64,000 nucleotides of DNA from Cyanobacteria bacterium auto_48_18 (lineage in GTDB: Bacteria; Cyanobacteriota; Vampirovibrionia; Obscuribacterales; Obscuribacteraceae). Below the pieces are notes generated by a model. It was not told the origin of the DNA. It ran no database searches and saw only the letters and a program-made list of their open reading frames with translations. The translations under genes were made by a program, and so were the position numbers. Where the stretch lies: contig JAVHQC010000020.1 in assembly GCA_036170915.1 (NCBI GenBank), positions 114,130 to 178,129 of the forward strand. The letters run 5' to 3'. Shown here in pieces: positions 38,985 through 48,560 of the stretch (position 1 is its first letter; each line of letters opens with the position of its first letter).

Positions 38985-39893
38985 GTGAAAAGCAACACTA
39001 TCCTCGTAGTCGATGACGAACAAGCGGTCACCACTTTATTGAGTGAGGTGCTGAAGAAAGCCGGCTATGCAGCCAGTGTCGCCAACGACGGCTTCAAAGC
39101 CATTGCCGCCTGTAAAGTGCGCACCCCAGATGCCATCATTCTTGATTTGCATATGCCTCTTATGGGCGGAATGGAAGTCTATAACCGCCTCAAGGCCGAC
39201 GAAAAAACGGCAGTGATACCCATAATTTTCCTGGCAGCCCGAGACAAACCACTGCCAACATTTACCGGCGACGCCAGTAATGAAGATATTATTTTCAAAC
39301 CCGCCGAAGGCAATGAACTGCTTTCGCGAGTCAAAGCGGTCTTAAAAGAAAAAGCCTTGCGCGATGAATTGCGCCGCAAGGAAAGTCAGTTGAAAGAATT
39401 ATCGCTCACTGATAGTTTGACCGAGCTCAAAAGCAGTCGCTATCTCGATGAGTTTATGCAAATAGGCATTCGTCAGGCCAAGCGTTACAGCGTGCCATTT
39501 TCGCTGGTAATCATGGAAATCGATCATCATCAGCAGTTGCTCAAAAGCGGCCAGGCCAATTTTGATGCTGTAGTCAGTCAGGTCGCTCAGCTTGTTGCCA
39601 AGCAGATGCGCGAATCAGATATTGTGGTGCGCACCAATACGGCAGAATTTACTGTGGTGCTCACTTGCACAACTAAAGAAGGTGCCATCGAAGTGGCTGA
39701 ACGTCTGCGCACTTCTGTGGCAGCCTCAGTTTTTGCAGTTGGAGCTCAATCACAAGCGGTAACAGTTTCAGTGGGAATTTGCCAGTTCGCCAAACATATG
39801 GATGACGAAGGCAAGCTGCTCATGAGCCATGGTAGAGCGGCAGTGGATCATGCCCACAGCAGTGGTGGCAACATGACTCTAATGGCTGAGTAA
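38985..39893 (+). CDS. Response regulator with degenerate GGDEF domain
   Basis: ILVVDDE, DAIILDLHMP, KP; DSLT; RESDIVVRT-NTAEF in place of GGDEF. Confidence 0.88.
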   Translation: MKSNTILVVDDEQAVTTLLSEVLKKAGYAASVANDGFKAIAACKVRTPDAIILDLHMPLMGGMEVYNRLKADEKTAVIPIIFLAARDKPLPTFTGDASNEDIIFKPAEGNELLSRVKAVLKEKALRDELRRKESQLKELSLTDSLTELKSSRYLDEFMQIGIRQAKRYSVPFSLVIMEIDHHQQLLKSGQANFDAVVSQVAQLVAKQMRESDIVVRTNTAEFTVVLTCTTKEGAIEVAERLRTSVAASVFAVGAQSQAVTVSVGICQFAKHMDDEGKLLMSHGRAAVDHAHSSGGNMTLMAE

Positions 39894-39902
39894 AATACGC
39901 TG

Positions 39903-40544
39903 ATGCTGGCATATTTAAAAGGCCAAATAGTCGTCAAAGAAATGTCCGGCGGTCCAGTGGACAGGCTGGTGCTTGATGTAAACGGTGTGGGCTACGAGCT
40001 CGCTGTGGCGCATTCAACTTTATTGTTGCTCGGTCAGCCGGGAGATACCATTATGGTTCACACCTCCGTAGCAATTCGTGAGAACGAGTGGACAATATTC
40101 GGCTTTCGCGACAATAGTGAGCGTCAGCTTTTCAATTTATTGCAATCAGTCACCGGCATTGGGCCAAAGCTGGCTCTGGGTCTGGTTGGTACCCTGGGCA
40201 TCGAAACTCTGGTGGAAGCGGTGCTCACTGAGAATCAGAAAATGATCTCGCAGGCGCCTGGGGTCGGCACCAAAGTTGCTCAGCGAATTATTCTAGAGTT
40301 GAAAACTAAAATTGAAGATTTCTCGCATACCCTTGCCACTAAGACCTTTGAGCCAAGCACGTTGTCTGCTGGAAAATCAGCGGTATTTGAAGAAGTGACC
40401 GAAATTCTTGGTAATCTCGGCTATACCCCCACTGAAATTCACAGCGCCTTGAAAAAAGCCAAAGAGACCACGCTGGCTATAGATAGTGCTGAAGAATTGG
40501 TGCGTTTCGCCCTCAAACATTTGAGTGCTCCTCAGGTTGTCTGA
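39903..40544 (+). CDS. ruvA: Holliday junction branch migration protein RuvA
   Basis: LDVNGVGYE, SVTGIGPKLA, PGVGTKVAQRIILELK, LGY. Confidence 0.96.
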   Translation: MLAYLKGQIVVKEMSGGPVDRLVLDVNGVGYELAVAHSTLLLLGQPGDTIMVHTSVAIRENEWTIFGFRDNSERQLFNLLQSVTGIGPKLALGLVGTLGIETLVEAVLTENQKMISQAPGVGTKVAQRIILELKTKIEDFSHTLATKTFEPSTLSAGKSAVFEEVTEILGNLGYTPTEIHSALKKAKETTLAIDSAEELVRFALKHLSAPQVV

Positions 40545-41205
40545 AGAAGTCGAGCTTGAAGCCGGCACCACCGGTAGTGTTAGCAAGAATAATGTGGCCG
40601 TGCGTCTTCAGGCGGCTTTAATTTGCACTCTTGTGGCCGCGGTTTTTGTTTTGACCCCTCCACTGGGAGTGGCTAAACCGCTGCCCCGCGAATTTTTGCA
40701 TCAGGCGCAGTATATCTTTTATGCTATCTGTCTGATTGCCGCTTTCCTTACCGGTTTTGCCGTAGAGCCAGCGAAAATGTCAGCCTGGCTCAGACCGCGC
40801 ACCCTCAGCGCCTGGAACGAGCGTCTTGGTTACCTCACATATTTTAGCCTCTACCTCACCAGCGCCCTTCTATGTATGCGTATGAAGTTGGCTCTTTTTG
40901 GTCCTTATGAGTTGTTCTATCCCTTAGCTTATTTTGGACTGGTACTTACGGTACTCGGCTCCTGGCTCTTCATCAAAGGTCTAAACGGTCTTAAATTGGC
41001 CAAAGTAGCCTATCCACATTACCTCGGTGTCATAATTGGGGCGATTGGATTGGCACTTTCTCACCTTACATACTTTCCACTGGCCGCAATTCCAGGAATT
41101 TTGGTTTTCATGAAGTGGCGTATAGAAAAGTTGGAGGCACTCCGAGACCCCCTACCTGAGGGCGTTACCGAGCCTCGCTACAAAGTTATTCCTCTGGTTT
41201 TTTGA
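40525..41205 (+). CDS. Hypothetical membrane protein, weak resemblance to the ICMT/PEMT methyltransferase C-terminus (start uncertain)
   Basis: About 6 TM segments; YPHYLG and terminal RYKVIPLVF. Confidence 0.6.
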   Translation: MLLRLSEEVELEAGTTGSVSKNNVAVRLQAALICTLVAAVFVLTPPLGVAKPLPREFLHQAQYIFYAICLIAAFLTGFAVEPAKMSAWLRPRTLSAWNERLGYLTYFSLYLTSALLCMRMKLALFGPYELFYPLAYFGLVLTVLGSWLFIKGLNGLKLAKVAYPHYLGVIIGAIGLALSHLTYFPLAAIPGILVFMKWRIEKLEALRDPLPEGVTEPRYKVIPLVF

Positions 41206-41431
41206 TTCAAAATGCTGATGGTTAGCGTTTCTTTATCTCTACATTAAATGTCAAGCATTGCTTCCTCTTGATATGGCCTTACAATCGAACTAAGGACAAG
41301 CGGATTCAACTCCTGATGCATGGCTCAAAAGGACGCTGGATAACTGTTTAGACGCTTGAAAGAAATGATGCGTTATGTATTGCGCAATTCATTCATTTCC
41401 CCTGGTTGGCCTGTAAATGGAGAGCATATAA

Positions 41432-41647
41432 ATGAACGAGACTACCCTCTCAAATGATGAAAGACGATGCCTGCAAATGTGGTTCAGGCAGGCAATTGCC
41501 AAACTTGAACTAGAAGAAGTGACTGATGTGATGCTAAAAGAATATCCAGTGGAAGCTGATTCACAAGGCGCCCACCGCACAACAACCTCGCGCAGACGAG
41601 TGTCCCGCTCCAGACTTACTTCTCATTTGAAGGAGTTGATAGTCTAG
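41432..41647 (+). CDS. Small hypothetical protein (71 aa)
   Basis: GGAG RBS, ATG start, followed by a strong hairpin. Confidence 0.6.
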   Translation: MNETTLSNDERRCLQMWFRQAIAKLELEEVTDVMLKEYPVEADSQGAHRTTTSRRRVSRSRLTSHLKELIV

Positions 41648-41674
41648 AAGCTTTTTTCAGGCCAATAAGCTATT

Positions 41675-41702
41675 AAACAGGAAGGCGTAAGCCTTCCTGT
41701 TT
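41675..41702 (+). terminator. Probable intrinsic terminator
   Basis: AAACAGGAAGGC-GTAA-GCCTTCCTGTTT, 12-bp stem with GNRA loop. Confidence 0.75.
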
Positions 41703-41869
41703 CGCTATGTGCCTATCTGGCTAAAATATTTGCCCAATTTTGAAAAAATTGGCAAATATATTGAACTTTTGGGGCTGGTTGGACGTAGTAATAAGAGGGA
41801 ATTACTTAGAATTAGAGTGGCTGAGGTGCAATTCTCAGTTAAGCGCTAATTGGCATTGCCAGGAGAGTC

Positions 41870-44800
41870 ATGAGTCCTCGTCCATACGTACCACTGCATT
41901 TGCACACCGAATATAGTCTGCTCGATGGCGCCACCATGATAAAAGATCTGGTGAAGAAAGCCAAAGCAGAGAATATGCCGGCGGTTGCCATTACCGATCA
42001 TGGTGTCATGTACGGTGCCGTTGAGCTGACAAAAAAATGTCAGGAAGTAGGTGGTCTCAAGCCTATCATCGGCTGCGAGGCTTATATCATCGATGGTGAT
42101 ATTAAAGACAAATCGGCCAAGCAACCGCTCTATCACCTGACTATGCTCTCGCGCAATAAAGAAGGCTATCGCAATCTGGTGCGCTTAAATTCCCGCGCTC
42201 ATTTGCAAGGCTTTTATTACAAGCCGCGCATCAATAAAGAAATGCTCGAGGCGCAAAAAGAGGGCCTGATCATTCTTTCGGGTTGTCTTGGTGCAGAGCT
42301 TTGTCAGCATTTGCTCAAAGACGATTATAAAAAAGCTCTAGAAGTGGCCGACTGGTATAAACAAACTTTCGGCGAAAATTACTACATTGAAATTCAAGAT
42401 CACGGCATGCCCGAAGATCGCAAAGTCAACCGCTCGCTTGTGCAAATCGCTCGCGAGCTAAAAATCAAGTTGACTTGCACAAATGACAGTCACTTCACTA
42501 ACAAACAAGATGCAAAGGCGCATGACTGCTTGCTTTGCATTCAGATGGGCAAGAACGTTACCGACTCCAATCGCATGAAATTTACCGGTTGGGAATACAT
42601 CAAAAATGGCGATGAGATGGCTTATCTTTTTCGCGATCACCTTGATACTGAAATCATTGAAGAGTCGATTTTAAGCACTTTAGAAATTGCCGACAAAGTT
42701 GAAATGGTCAAATTGGCCAGCGAACCACGCTTGCCTAATTTTGAAGTACCGCAAGGGCACACAGCCGAAAGTTATCTCAATCGACTGGTCTTTGATGGGC
42801 TGAGAGAGCGCTTTCCTGAGTGGAATCAAGAAATAGAAGATCGCGCTTTTCGCGAACTAAAAGTAATCGAAGATATGAATTTTGCTTCTTACTTTTTAAT
42901 TGTGGCCGACTTCATCGATTACGCTCGCAAAAAAGATATTCCGGTAGGGCCTGGTCGAGGGTCAGCCGCCGGATCAATTGTGGCTTATGCTCTTGGTATT
43001 ACCAATATTGATCCTTTGCGCTACAACCTGCTCTTTGAGCGGTTTTTGAACCCTGAGCGTAAGAGCATGCCTGATATTGATACTGACTTTTGTATCGAAC
43101 GGCGTGGTGAGGTAATTAAGTATTGCGCTGAAAAATACGGCGAAGACAGAGTTGCTCAAATCATTACCTTCAACCGCATGACCTCCAAAGCCGTCATTAA
43201 AGACGTGGCAAGAGTGCTCGAATTTCCTTTCGGTGAATCAAACAAGCTCGCCAAAATGGTACCGGTTGTGCGCGGTAAGCCAACACCTCTAGATGAAATG
43301 GTGGAGGAGCATCCTGAATTCAAAAAGGTCTACCAGACTGATGATTACGCCAAACAAGTAATTGACCTGGCGCGCAAACTCGAAGGCTGCAACAAAACCT
43401 TTGGTATGCATGCTGCTGGTGTAGTGATCTCTGACGTGCCTATGGAAGAAATGATTCCGCTGCAGAGGAACAACGACGGCACCATCATTGCGCAATACTA
43501 CATGGAAGACGCAGCCTATGTGGGCCTCGTTAAAATGGACTTCCTTGGCCTGCGCAACTTGACCATGATCGACAAAGCTTGCAAGCGCATTAAAGAAGTG
43601 CGCGGCATTGAAATCATTCCTGACAAAATTCCACTTGATGATGAGAAGACTTTCCAGACAATTTCAAATGGTGATCTGGCCGGAGTATTTCAGTTAGAAA
43701 CATCCGCTGGTATGAAACAGGTAGCTCGAGACATGCGCCCTTCCAACATGGAAGACATCTCAGCGCTGATTGCACTCTATCGCCCAGGCCCACTCGATTC
43801 TGGAATGATCGATAAATTTATTGATTGCAAACACGGCAAAACCAAAATTACTTATCAAACGCCTTTGCTTGAGACTATTCTCAAGCCTACTTATGGTCAG
43901 ATTGTTTATCAAGAACAGATCATGCAAATTGCTCAGGTGCTTGGTGGTTACAGTCTCGGCCAAGCAGACCTGTTGCGCCGGGCCATGGGTAAAAAGCTGC
44001 CCGCTGAAATGGAAAAGCAGCGCGCTTTGTTTGTGGAAGGCTGTGCGAAAAATTCGGTCAGTCCTGAAATCGCCAACAATCTCTTCGATATTATGGTGCA
44101 GTTTGCCGAGTATTGCTTCAACAAGTCACACAGTGCGGCCTACGGAGTAGTCACTTATCAAACTGCTTATCTAAAGACACACTATCCTGTGGAATATATG
44201 GCTGCTGTACTTTCTTCGGTTTCGTCAGATACCGACAAAGTGCAGGGTTACATCGCTGAATGTCAGGCTATGAATATTGATATTTTGCCGCCTGATATGA
44301 ATGTATCAGGATCTGACTTTACCTCAGATGGTGGTGCCATTCGTTTTGGACTGTCAGCCACCAAGGGTCTGGGTGACGCCGCTGTGCAAGCCATTGTTGC
44401 CGAGCGCGAGCGCGGTGGTACTTTTGCCACCATGCAAGATTTTCTCGACCGCATCGACTTGCGTCTGGTGAACAAAAAATCGCTAGAATCGCTTATTAAG
44501 TCTGGTGCTTGCGTGGGTCTCGGCATGAGCCGCAAGCAAGCCTTGACCAATCTTGATTCGCTGGTTGATGCTGCCAACCGCCGGCAAACTTCGAAAAATA
44601 CTGGACAGATCAGTTTGTTCAGCTTAGGCGAATCGCAAGGCATCAATTTAGAGACGCCGCTGATTGGCGATCCTTCTGAATTTGGCGAAGGCGAGCTGCA
44701 AACCATGGAGCACGAGCTGCTTGGCTTTTACGTCACCAGCCATCCTCTTAAGCGCATTGCTAATCGATTGCGATATTTGACCACGCACTCGGTCAAAGAA

Positions 44801-45316
44801 ATGAAAGAGTCGCCTGACGGCACCACTGTCATTCTTGGTGGCCTGGCTAATTCTATTGAGAAGAAACTGACCAAACAAAATAAGCTGCTTTGCATAATCC
44901 ACCTTGAAGACCTAACCGGCAAAGCCGAGATAGTCCTTTATAGCGAGGCTCTGGAGAAAGTTTCTTCTGATGTGCTCTTGCCCCAATCACTTCTACTTGT
45001 TAAGGGAAAAGTTAAGAAGAACGAAGAGAGCACTTCTGTGATGGGCTCAAGCATTCGTCGCATCGGCGACGCTTCCATGGTCGACGTGATCTTCAGCACT
45101 AATCAGTCTTTCTCTGACCTGCACAGACTGAAAGACTTGCTCATTTTGCACAAAGGCGAAGATCCGGTTTTGTTGCACTTCCCTCAGGGCAAGCGCTCTT
45201 CAGCCATTCTCGTCGGTGCTCAGTTCTGGGTTGATGCCGCTTCCAGTCTGCCGGCTGCCATCGAAACCAATTTCGCCGAGACCGTCAAGGTCAGAGTGAA
45301 TAAGATTCATATTTAG
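41870..45316 (+). CDS. dnaE: DNA polymerase III alpha subunit, contiguous, no intein
   Basis: HLHTEYSLLDG, AITDHG, GPGRGSAAGS, PDIDTDF, KMDFLGL, AEYCFNKSH. Confidence 0.98.
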   Translation: MSPRPYVPLHLHTEYSLLDGATMIKDLVKKAKAENMPAVAITDHGVMYGAVELTKKCQEVGGLKPIIGCEAYIIDGDIKDKSAKQPLYHLTMLSRNKEGYRNLVRLNSRAHLQGFYYKPRINKEMLEAQKEGLIILSGCLGAELCQHLLKDDYKKALEVADWYKQTFGENYYIEIQDHGMPEDRKVNRSLVQIARELKIKLTCTNDSHFTNKQDAKAHDCLLCIQMGKNVTDSNRMKFTGWEYIKNGDEMAYLFRDHLDTEIIEESILSTLEIADKVEMVKLASEPRLPNFEVPQGHTAESYLNRLVFDGLRERFPEWNQEIEDRAFRELKVIEDMNFASYFLIVADFIDYARKKDIPVGPGRGSAAGSIVAYALGITNIDPLRYNLLFERFLNPERKSMPDIDTDFCIERRGEVIKYCAEKYGEDRVAQIITFNRMTSKAVIKDVARVLEFPFGESNKLAKMVPVVRGKPTPLDEMVEEHPEFKKVYQTDDYAKQVIDLARKLEGCNKTFGMHAAGVVISDVPMEEMIPLQRNNDGTIIAQYYMEDAAYVGLVKMDFLGLRNLTMIDKACKRIKEVRGIEIIPDKIPLDDEKTFQTISNGDLAGVFQLETSAGMKQVARDMRPSNMEDISALIALYRPGPLDSGMIDKFIDCKHGKTKITYQTPLLETILKPTYGQIVYQEQIMQIAQVLGGYSLGQADLLRRAMGKKLPAEMEKQRALFVEGCAKNSVSPEIANNLFDIMVQFAEYCFNKSHSAAYGVVTYQTAYLKTHYPVEYMAAVLSSVSSDTDKVQGYIAECQAMNIDILPPDMNVSGSDFTSDGGAIRFGLSATKGLGDAAVQAIVAERERGGTFATMQDFLDRIDLRLVNKKSLESLIKSGACVGLGMSRKQALTNLDSLVDAANRRQTSKNTGQISLFSLGESQGINLETPLIGDPSEFGEGELQTMEHELLGFYVTSHPLKRIANRLRYLTTHSVKEMKESPDGTTVILGGLANSIEKKLTKQNKLLCIIHLEDLTGKAEIVLYSEALEKVSSDVLLPQSLLLVKGKVKKNEESTSVMGSSIRRIGDASMVDVIFSTNQSFSDLHRLKDLLILHKGEDPVLLHFPQGKRSSAILVGAQFWVDAASSLPAAIETNFAETVKVRVNKIHI

Positions 45317-45379
45317 AATGGGTTAGTGCCAAAGTCTAAAGCTAGGTAAAGGGCAAATTCGCCCCTTAGAGCAATTTTG

Positions 45380-45407
45380 TTTACACGCGGAACATTTCCT
45401 GTAGAAT
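45380..45407 (+). promoter_or_regulatory. Candidate sigma70 promoter for speD
   Basis: TTTACA-16 nt-TAGAAT, about 220 bp upstream of the speD ATG. Confidence 0.4.
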
Positions 45408-45627
45408 ACGTCTTTCGATCTATCTTCATTATGGAGGTTGATGCACCACACAACGCCCAACTCCCAGGCCCTGTCTAATCTTAATCTGGTGTAGATAAGC
45501 GTTTCGTGTACCCCGCAGGAAAGCGAATATAAAGCAAAAGCCAAGGCTCGCGCTTTTTACAAATTCCTGAACTCTCGGATACCAATTTCATTGCTGCTCA
45601 CTTGGAGCAGCCCAAGGGGGAAGAAAC

Positions 45628-46050
45628 ATGTTTGGACCACATTTGATCCTTGAAGCTTATGGTTGCCCAAAAGAACTTTTGGCAGACATGACACTAATGA
45701 GTCAAGCGCTTGATGCTTATCCTGCAAAGCTTGATATGACTAAGATTATGCCGCCTTACGTCTTTACCTATCATGGTGCCGTTGAAGACGATTGGGGAGT
45801 AAGCGGAGTAGTGTTGATCGCCGAATCGCACATCTCCATTCACTCTTTTCCAGAAAAAGGCTTCGCTACTCTCGACATTTTCTCCTGTCGTGATTTCAAT
45901 GTAGACGATGCCATTGAATACTTCTCTCAGATTTTCAAGCCCGAAAGTTATGAAAAGCAAGTATTGATGAGAGGCCGTGAATTCCCACGCAGCATGCCTA
46001 AAGCCGCAACTATTGTGCAGGCTGAAAGAGAAAGACTGACCGCAGTCTAA
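45628..46050 (+). CDS. speD: S-adenosylmethionine decarboxylase proenzyme
   Basis: GPHLILE, GVSGVVLIAE|SHISIHSFPE self-cleavage site, LDIFSC. Confidence 0.93.
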   Translation: MFGPHLILEAYGCPKELLADMTLMSQALDAYPAKLDMTKIMPPYVFTYHGAVEDDWGVSGVVLIAESHISIHSFPEKGFATLDIFSCRDFNVDDAIEYFSQIFKPESYEKQVLMRGREFPRSMPKAATIVQAERERLTAV

Positions 46051-46076
46051 GATCTGCAAGAATAGCTAGTGGTTAG

Positions 46077-46112
46077 AAAGCCGGTTGATCATATGATCCA
46101 CCGGCTTTTTTT
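46077..46112 (+). terminator. Intrinsic terminator after speD
   Basis: AAAGCCGG...CCGGCTTTTTTT. Confidence 0.85.
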
Positions 46113-46165
46113 GCTCCTGCTCATCCGGCATGTCTGAAGCTGCTTGCTAAATCGCAGAGAAATTT

Positions 46166-47146
46166 TCAAATTTTTCTCTGCGATTTGGAAGTGATGATTC
46201 GACCATAGAGGGAAGGGTCGACGTTACCGCCGCTAACCACCAGAAGTGGCCGCCGCTTTCTCAGCGCCGTGCCATTGGTGCCAATCAAGGCCGCCAGAGC
46301 TAGAGCTCCGGTAGGCTCGGCTTTCAACTGGCTGTAAAACAAGAGTCGCACGGCTTCTTCAATTTCGCTTTCAGTGGCTACGATTACGCCAGATAGTCCG
46401 CTTTGCAAAATTTTCCAGTTGTGTTGGCCCAGGCTGAGTGTGCGAGCGCCATCAGCGATGGTGGCAGGCTCCGATTGGTTGGCAATGATTTTTCCAGCTA
46501 ACAAAGAGCGGTAGGCGTCATCGCCCAGCGCAGGCTCTGCGGCAAAAACTTCTAAGCTTGAGCCTTTTGCCCTCAGACCTTGAATGATTCCTGCAGTTAG
46601 ACCGCCACCGCCGATAGGGGCAACAACGCAGTCAAAATCATATCTACCGCTTTGCTCTAACTCTGCGATTTCTTCACCAAGAGTGGCATTGCCGGCAATC
46701 ACACGCAAGTCGTCGTAAGCGCTCAGTACATCCACCTGTTGATTGAACTGAGCTGCTAGCTGACTGACTCTTTGCGCGCGACTTACTTGATTGACGTCTA
46801 CGATCTCGACTGTGGCACCCCAACTTTTTACCGCCGCAATTTTCACAGCTGATGACTGATGTGGCATCACTACAGTGCATTTTTTCTTGAGCAGGCTGGC
46901 TGCGTAAGCGAGAGCTGCACCAAAATTTCCAGAAGAGGCGGTGAGCAAATGATCGCTTGTGCTCGAAAGCGCAGCGCTAAAAGCGGCGCGAAATTTAAAA
47001 GAGCCTGTGTGTTGAAATGTTTCGCTGGCAATGAGAATCGGCTGCTTGAGCTGCTGTGCTAGCGCCAGCGGGGCAATAAGCGTAGTGGCGCGCACGGTTT
47101 GCCGTACACGCCACATATTGCTTTCAATTTCTGTGCTTTGAGCCAA
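46166..47146 (-). CDS. PLP-dependent threonine/serine dehydratase (serine racemase-like) family
   Basis: TGSFKFR (PLP lysine), SSGNFG, PIGGGGL, TIADG, EPTGA, SGGN. Confidence 0.9.
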   Translation of the reverse strand: MAQSTEIESNMWRVRQTVRATTLIAPLALAQQLKQPILIASETFQHTGSFKFRAAFSAALSSTSDHLLTASSGNFGAALAYAASLLKKKCTVVMPHQSSAVKIAAVKSWGATVEIVDVNQVSRAQRVSQLAAQFNQQVDVLSAYDDLRVIAGNATLGEEIAELEQSGRYDFDCVVAPIGGGGLTAGIIQGLRAKGSSLEVFAAEPALGDDAYRSLLAGKIIANQSEPATIADGARTLSLGQHNWKILQSGLSGVIVATESEIEEAVRLLFYSQLKAEPTGALALAALIGTNGTALRKRRPLLVVSGGNVDPSLYGRIITSKSQRKI

Positions 47147-47148
47147 GT

Positions 47149-48336
47149 CTAAATTGTGGGCTTGTCTTTGCCGGCTACTTTCTTAGCGAAAGGGTTGAGA
47201 TTGAACTTCGGTAAAGCCAATCCACCTTTTTTGCCTCTTTTAGAATCAGGCACCAGCTCGTCGTTCACACCCAACGGTGCATTAGCGGCGGCAGTTTTAG
47301 GCAACGGATTTGTTTCTTGAATCAGGTCGTCTGGTTGAGCAATGGCTGCTTTGTTTTCAGTGGCCAGGGCATCAGGTTGCTTAGCTGCAGAAGGAGCTGG
47401 AGCCTTAGCGGCTAACTTAGCTTTAGCGGCGTTCTCCTGGTTTTGCTTAGAGAATGCGTGAGGCAGACCGTTATTGTTAGCGACTTTGCTGTCACCTTTT
47501 TTGAACAAGTTTGGCATGCGAGCCATTTTGCCCATGCTGCCACTGCCGTCTTTGATTTTTTCGCCCGTGGCTTTGAAACCATTACCAACCATCGATGCAC
47601 CTTTGGCAAAGAAGTTGCCGGAAGCTTTAGCACCGCTGGCGATGCCGCTGCCTACTTTCTTACTGCCATTGACCATGCCGCTGGTTGCGCCTTTGATGGT
47701 TTTGGTTGTTTTGGTGTAGATGCCGTCGTCGCTCGATGCAGTTGCTGTCTTGACAGTTTCTACTGCAGGGGCTGCTTTTGCCACTGGAGTTTCAGAAGCA
47801 AGGTCAGCTTCTGGAGCTTCTTTTTGGGCAATTTCTTGCGGTGCGATTTCTTTCGCTGCTGGTTTTACGCTTTTAACTTTTGGAGCTTTCGGTGCTTTAG
47901 GAGCTTTAGCAACTTTTACTTCAGGCTCACTTTTTTCAGACTTTTTGCCGAATCCAGGAATTGGAATACTTGGTATACCTAGGCCGAACAACTTGCCGCT
48001 TTTTGGAGCTGTTTCGCCTTTAGACTCGGCAATACTTGTGCCTTTGACCACTTTACCGTTGCCGCCGCCAGGAGCGGTGACATAAGTAGTTGGGCTTAAA
48101 GTTGCGTCTTCCACCACTGTGGAGCTGCTTGACTGTTTTGCATGAATCGGTGGCAGACCTTTTTTAGCTCTGGCCTTATTGGTTTTTTCTTCGATTTCCT
48201 TAGCGGTGGGTGCTTGAATCTGGGCATAAGGATCCAGCATTGAAGAGGGGCCGGCCATGGCTGCACTCGTGCTCGCTATCAATAGACAGACCAGGCTTAC
48301 GGGTACGTACCGTTTTGAAGCTGTCATCAGTGCCAT
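47149..48336 (-). CDS. Secreted Lys/Ala/Pro-rich low-complexity hypothetical protein
   Basis: Signal-peptide-like N-terminus (..SAAMA), KAPKAPKAPK tract, GGAG RBS. Confidence 0.8.
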   Translation of the reverse strand: MALMTASKRYVPVSLVCLLIASTSAAMAGPSSMLDPYAQIQAPTAKEIEEKTNKARAKKGLPPIHAKQSSSSTVVEDATLSPTTYVTAPGGGNGKVVKGTSIAESKGETAPKSGKLFGLGIPSIPIPGFGKKSEKSEPEVKVAKAPKAPKAPKVKSVKPAAKEIAPQEIAQKEAPEADLASETPVAKAAPAVETVKTATASSDDGIYTKTTKTIKGATSGMVNGSKKVGSGIASGAKASGNFFAKGASMVGNGFKATGEKIKDGSGSMGKMARMPNLFKKGDSKVANNNGLPHAFSKQNQENAAKAKLAAKAPAPSAAKQPDALATENKAAIAQPDDLIQETNPLPKTAAANAPLGVNDELVPDSKRGKKGGLALPKFNLNPFAKKVAGKDKPTI

Positions 48337-48560
48337 TCTCCCTATTTGCAGAATTCCAATCTAATCGATGGTAACTGAGAAGTTATAGCACATAAGTCTC
48401 GGTAGTAAGGAGCTCCTTAAGGGCCGCTAATTGGCCCCCTTGGGTAAATTACAAGGGGATCGGCTTAAATTAAAATACCTACGGTTTGAAGTTCAAATGT
48501 TTATAATTTCAGTTCAAAGGTATTATTGGATATAGGGTGACGAGCTTTTTTAGGATTGAG

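Noticed and set aside
45317..45627. Known ncRNA (6S, tmRNA, SAM riboswitch) in the dnaE-speD gap
   Set aside because: No consensus elements recognised by eye; an Rfam search would be needed.
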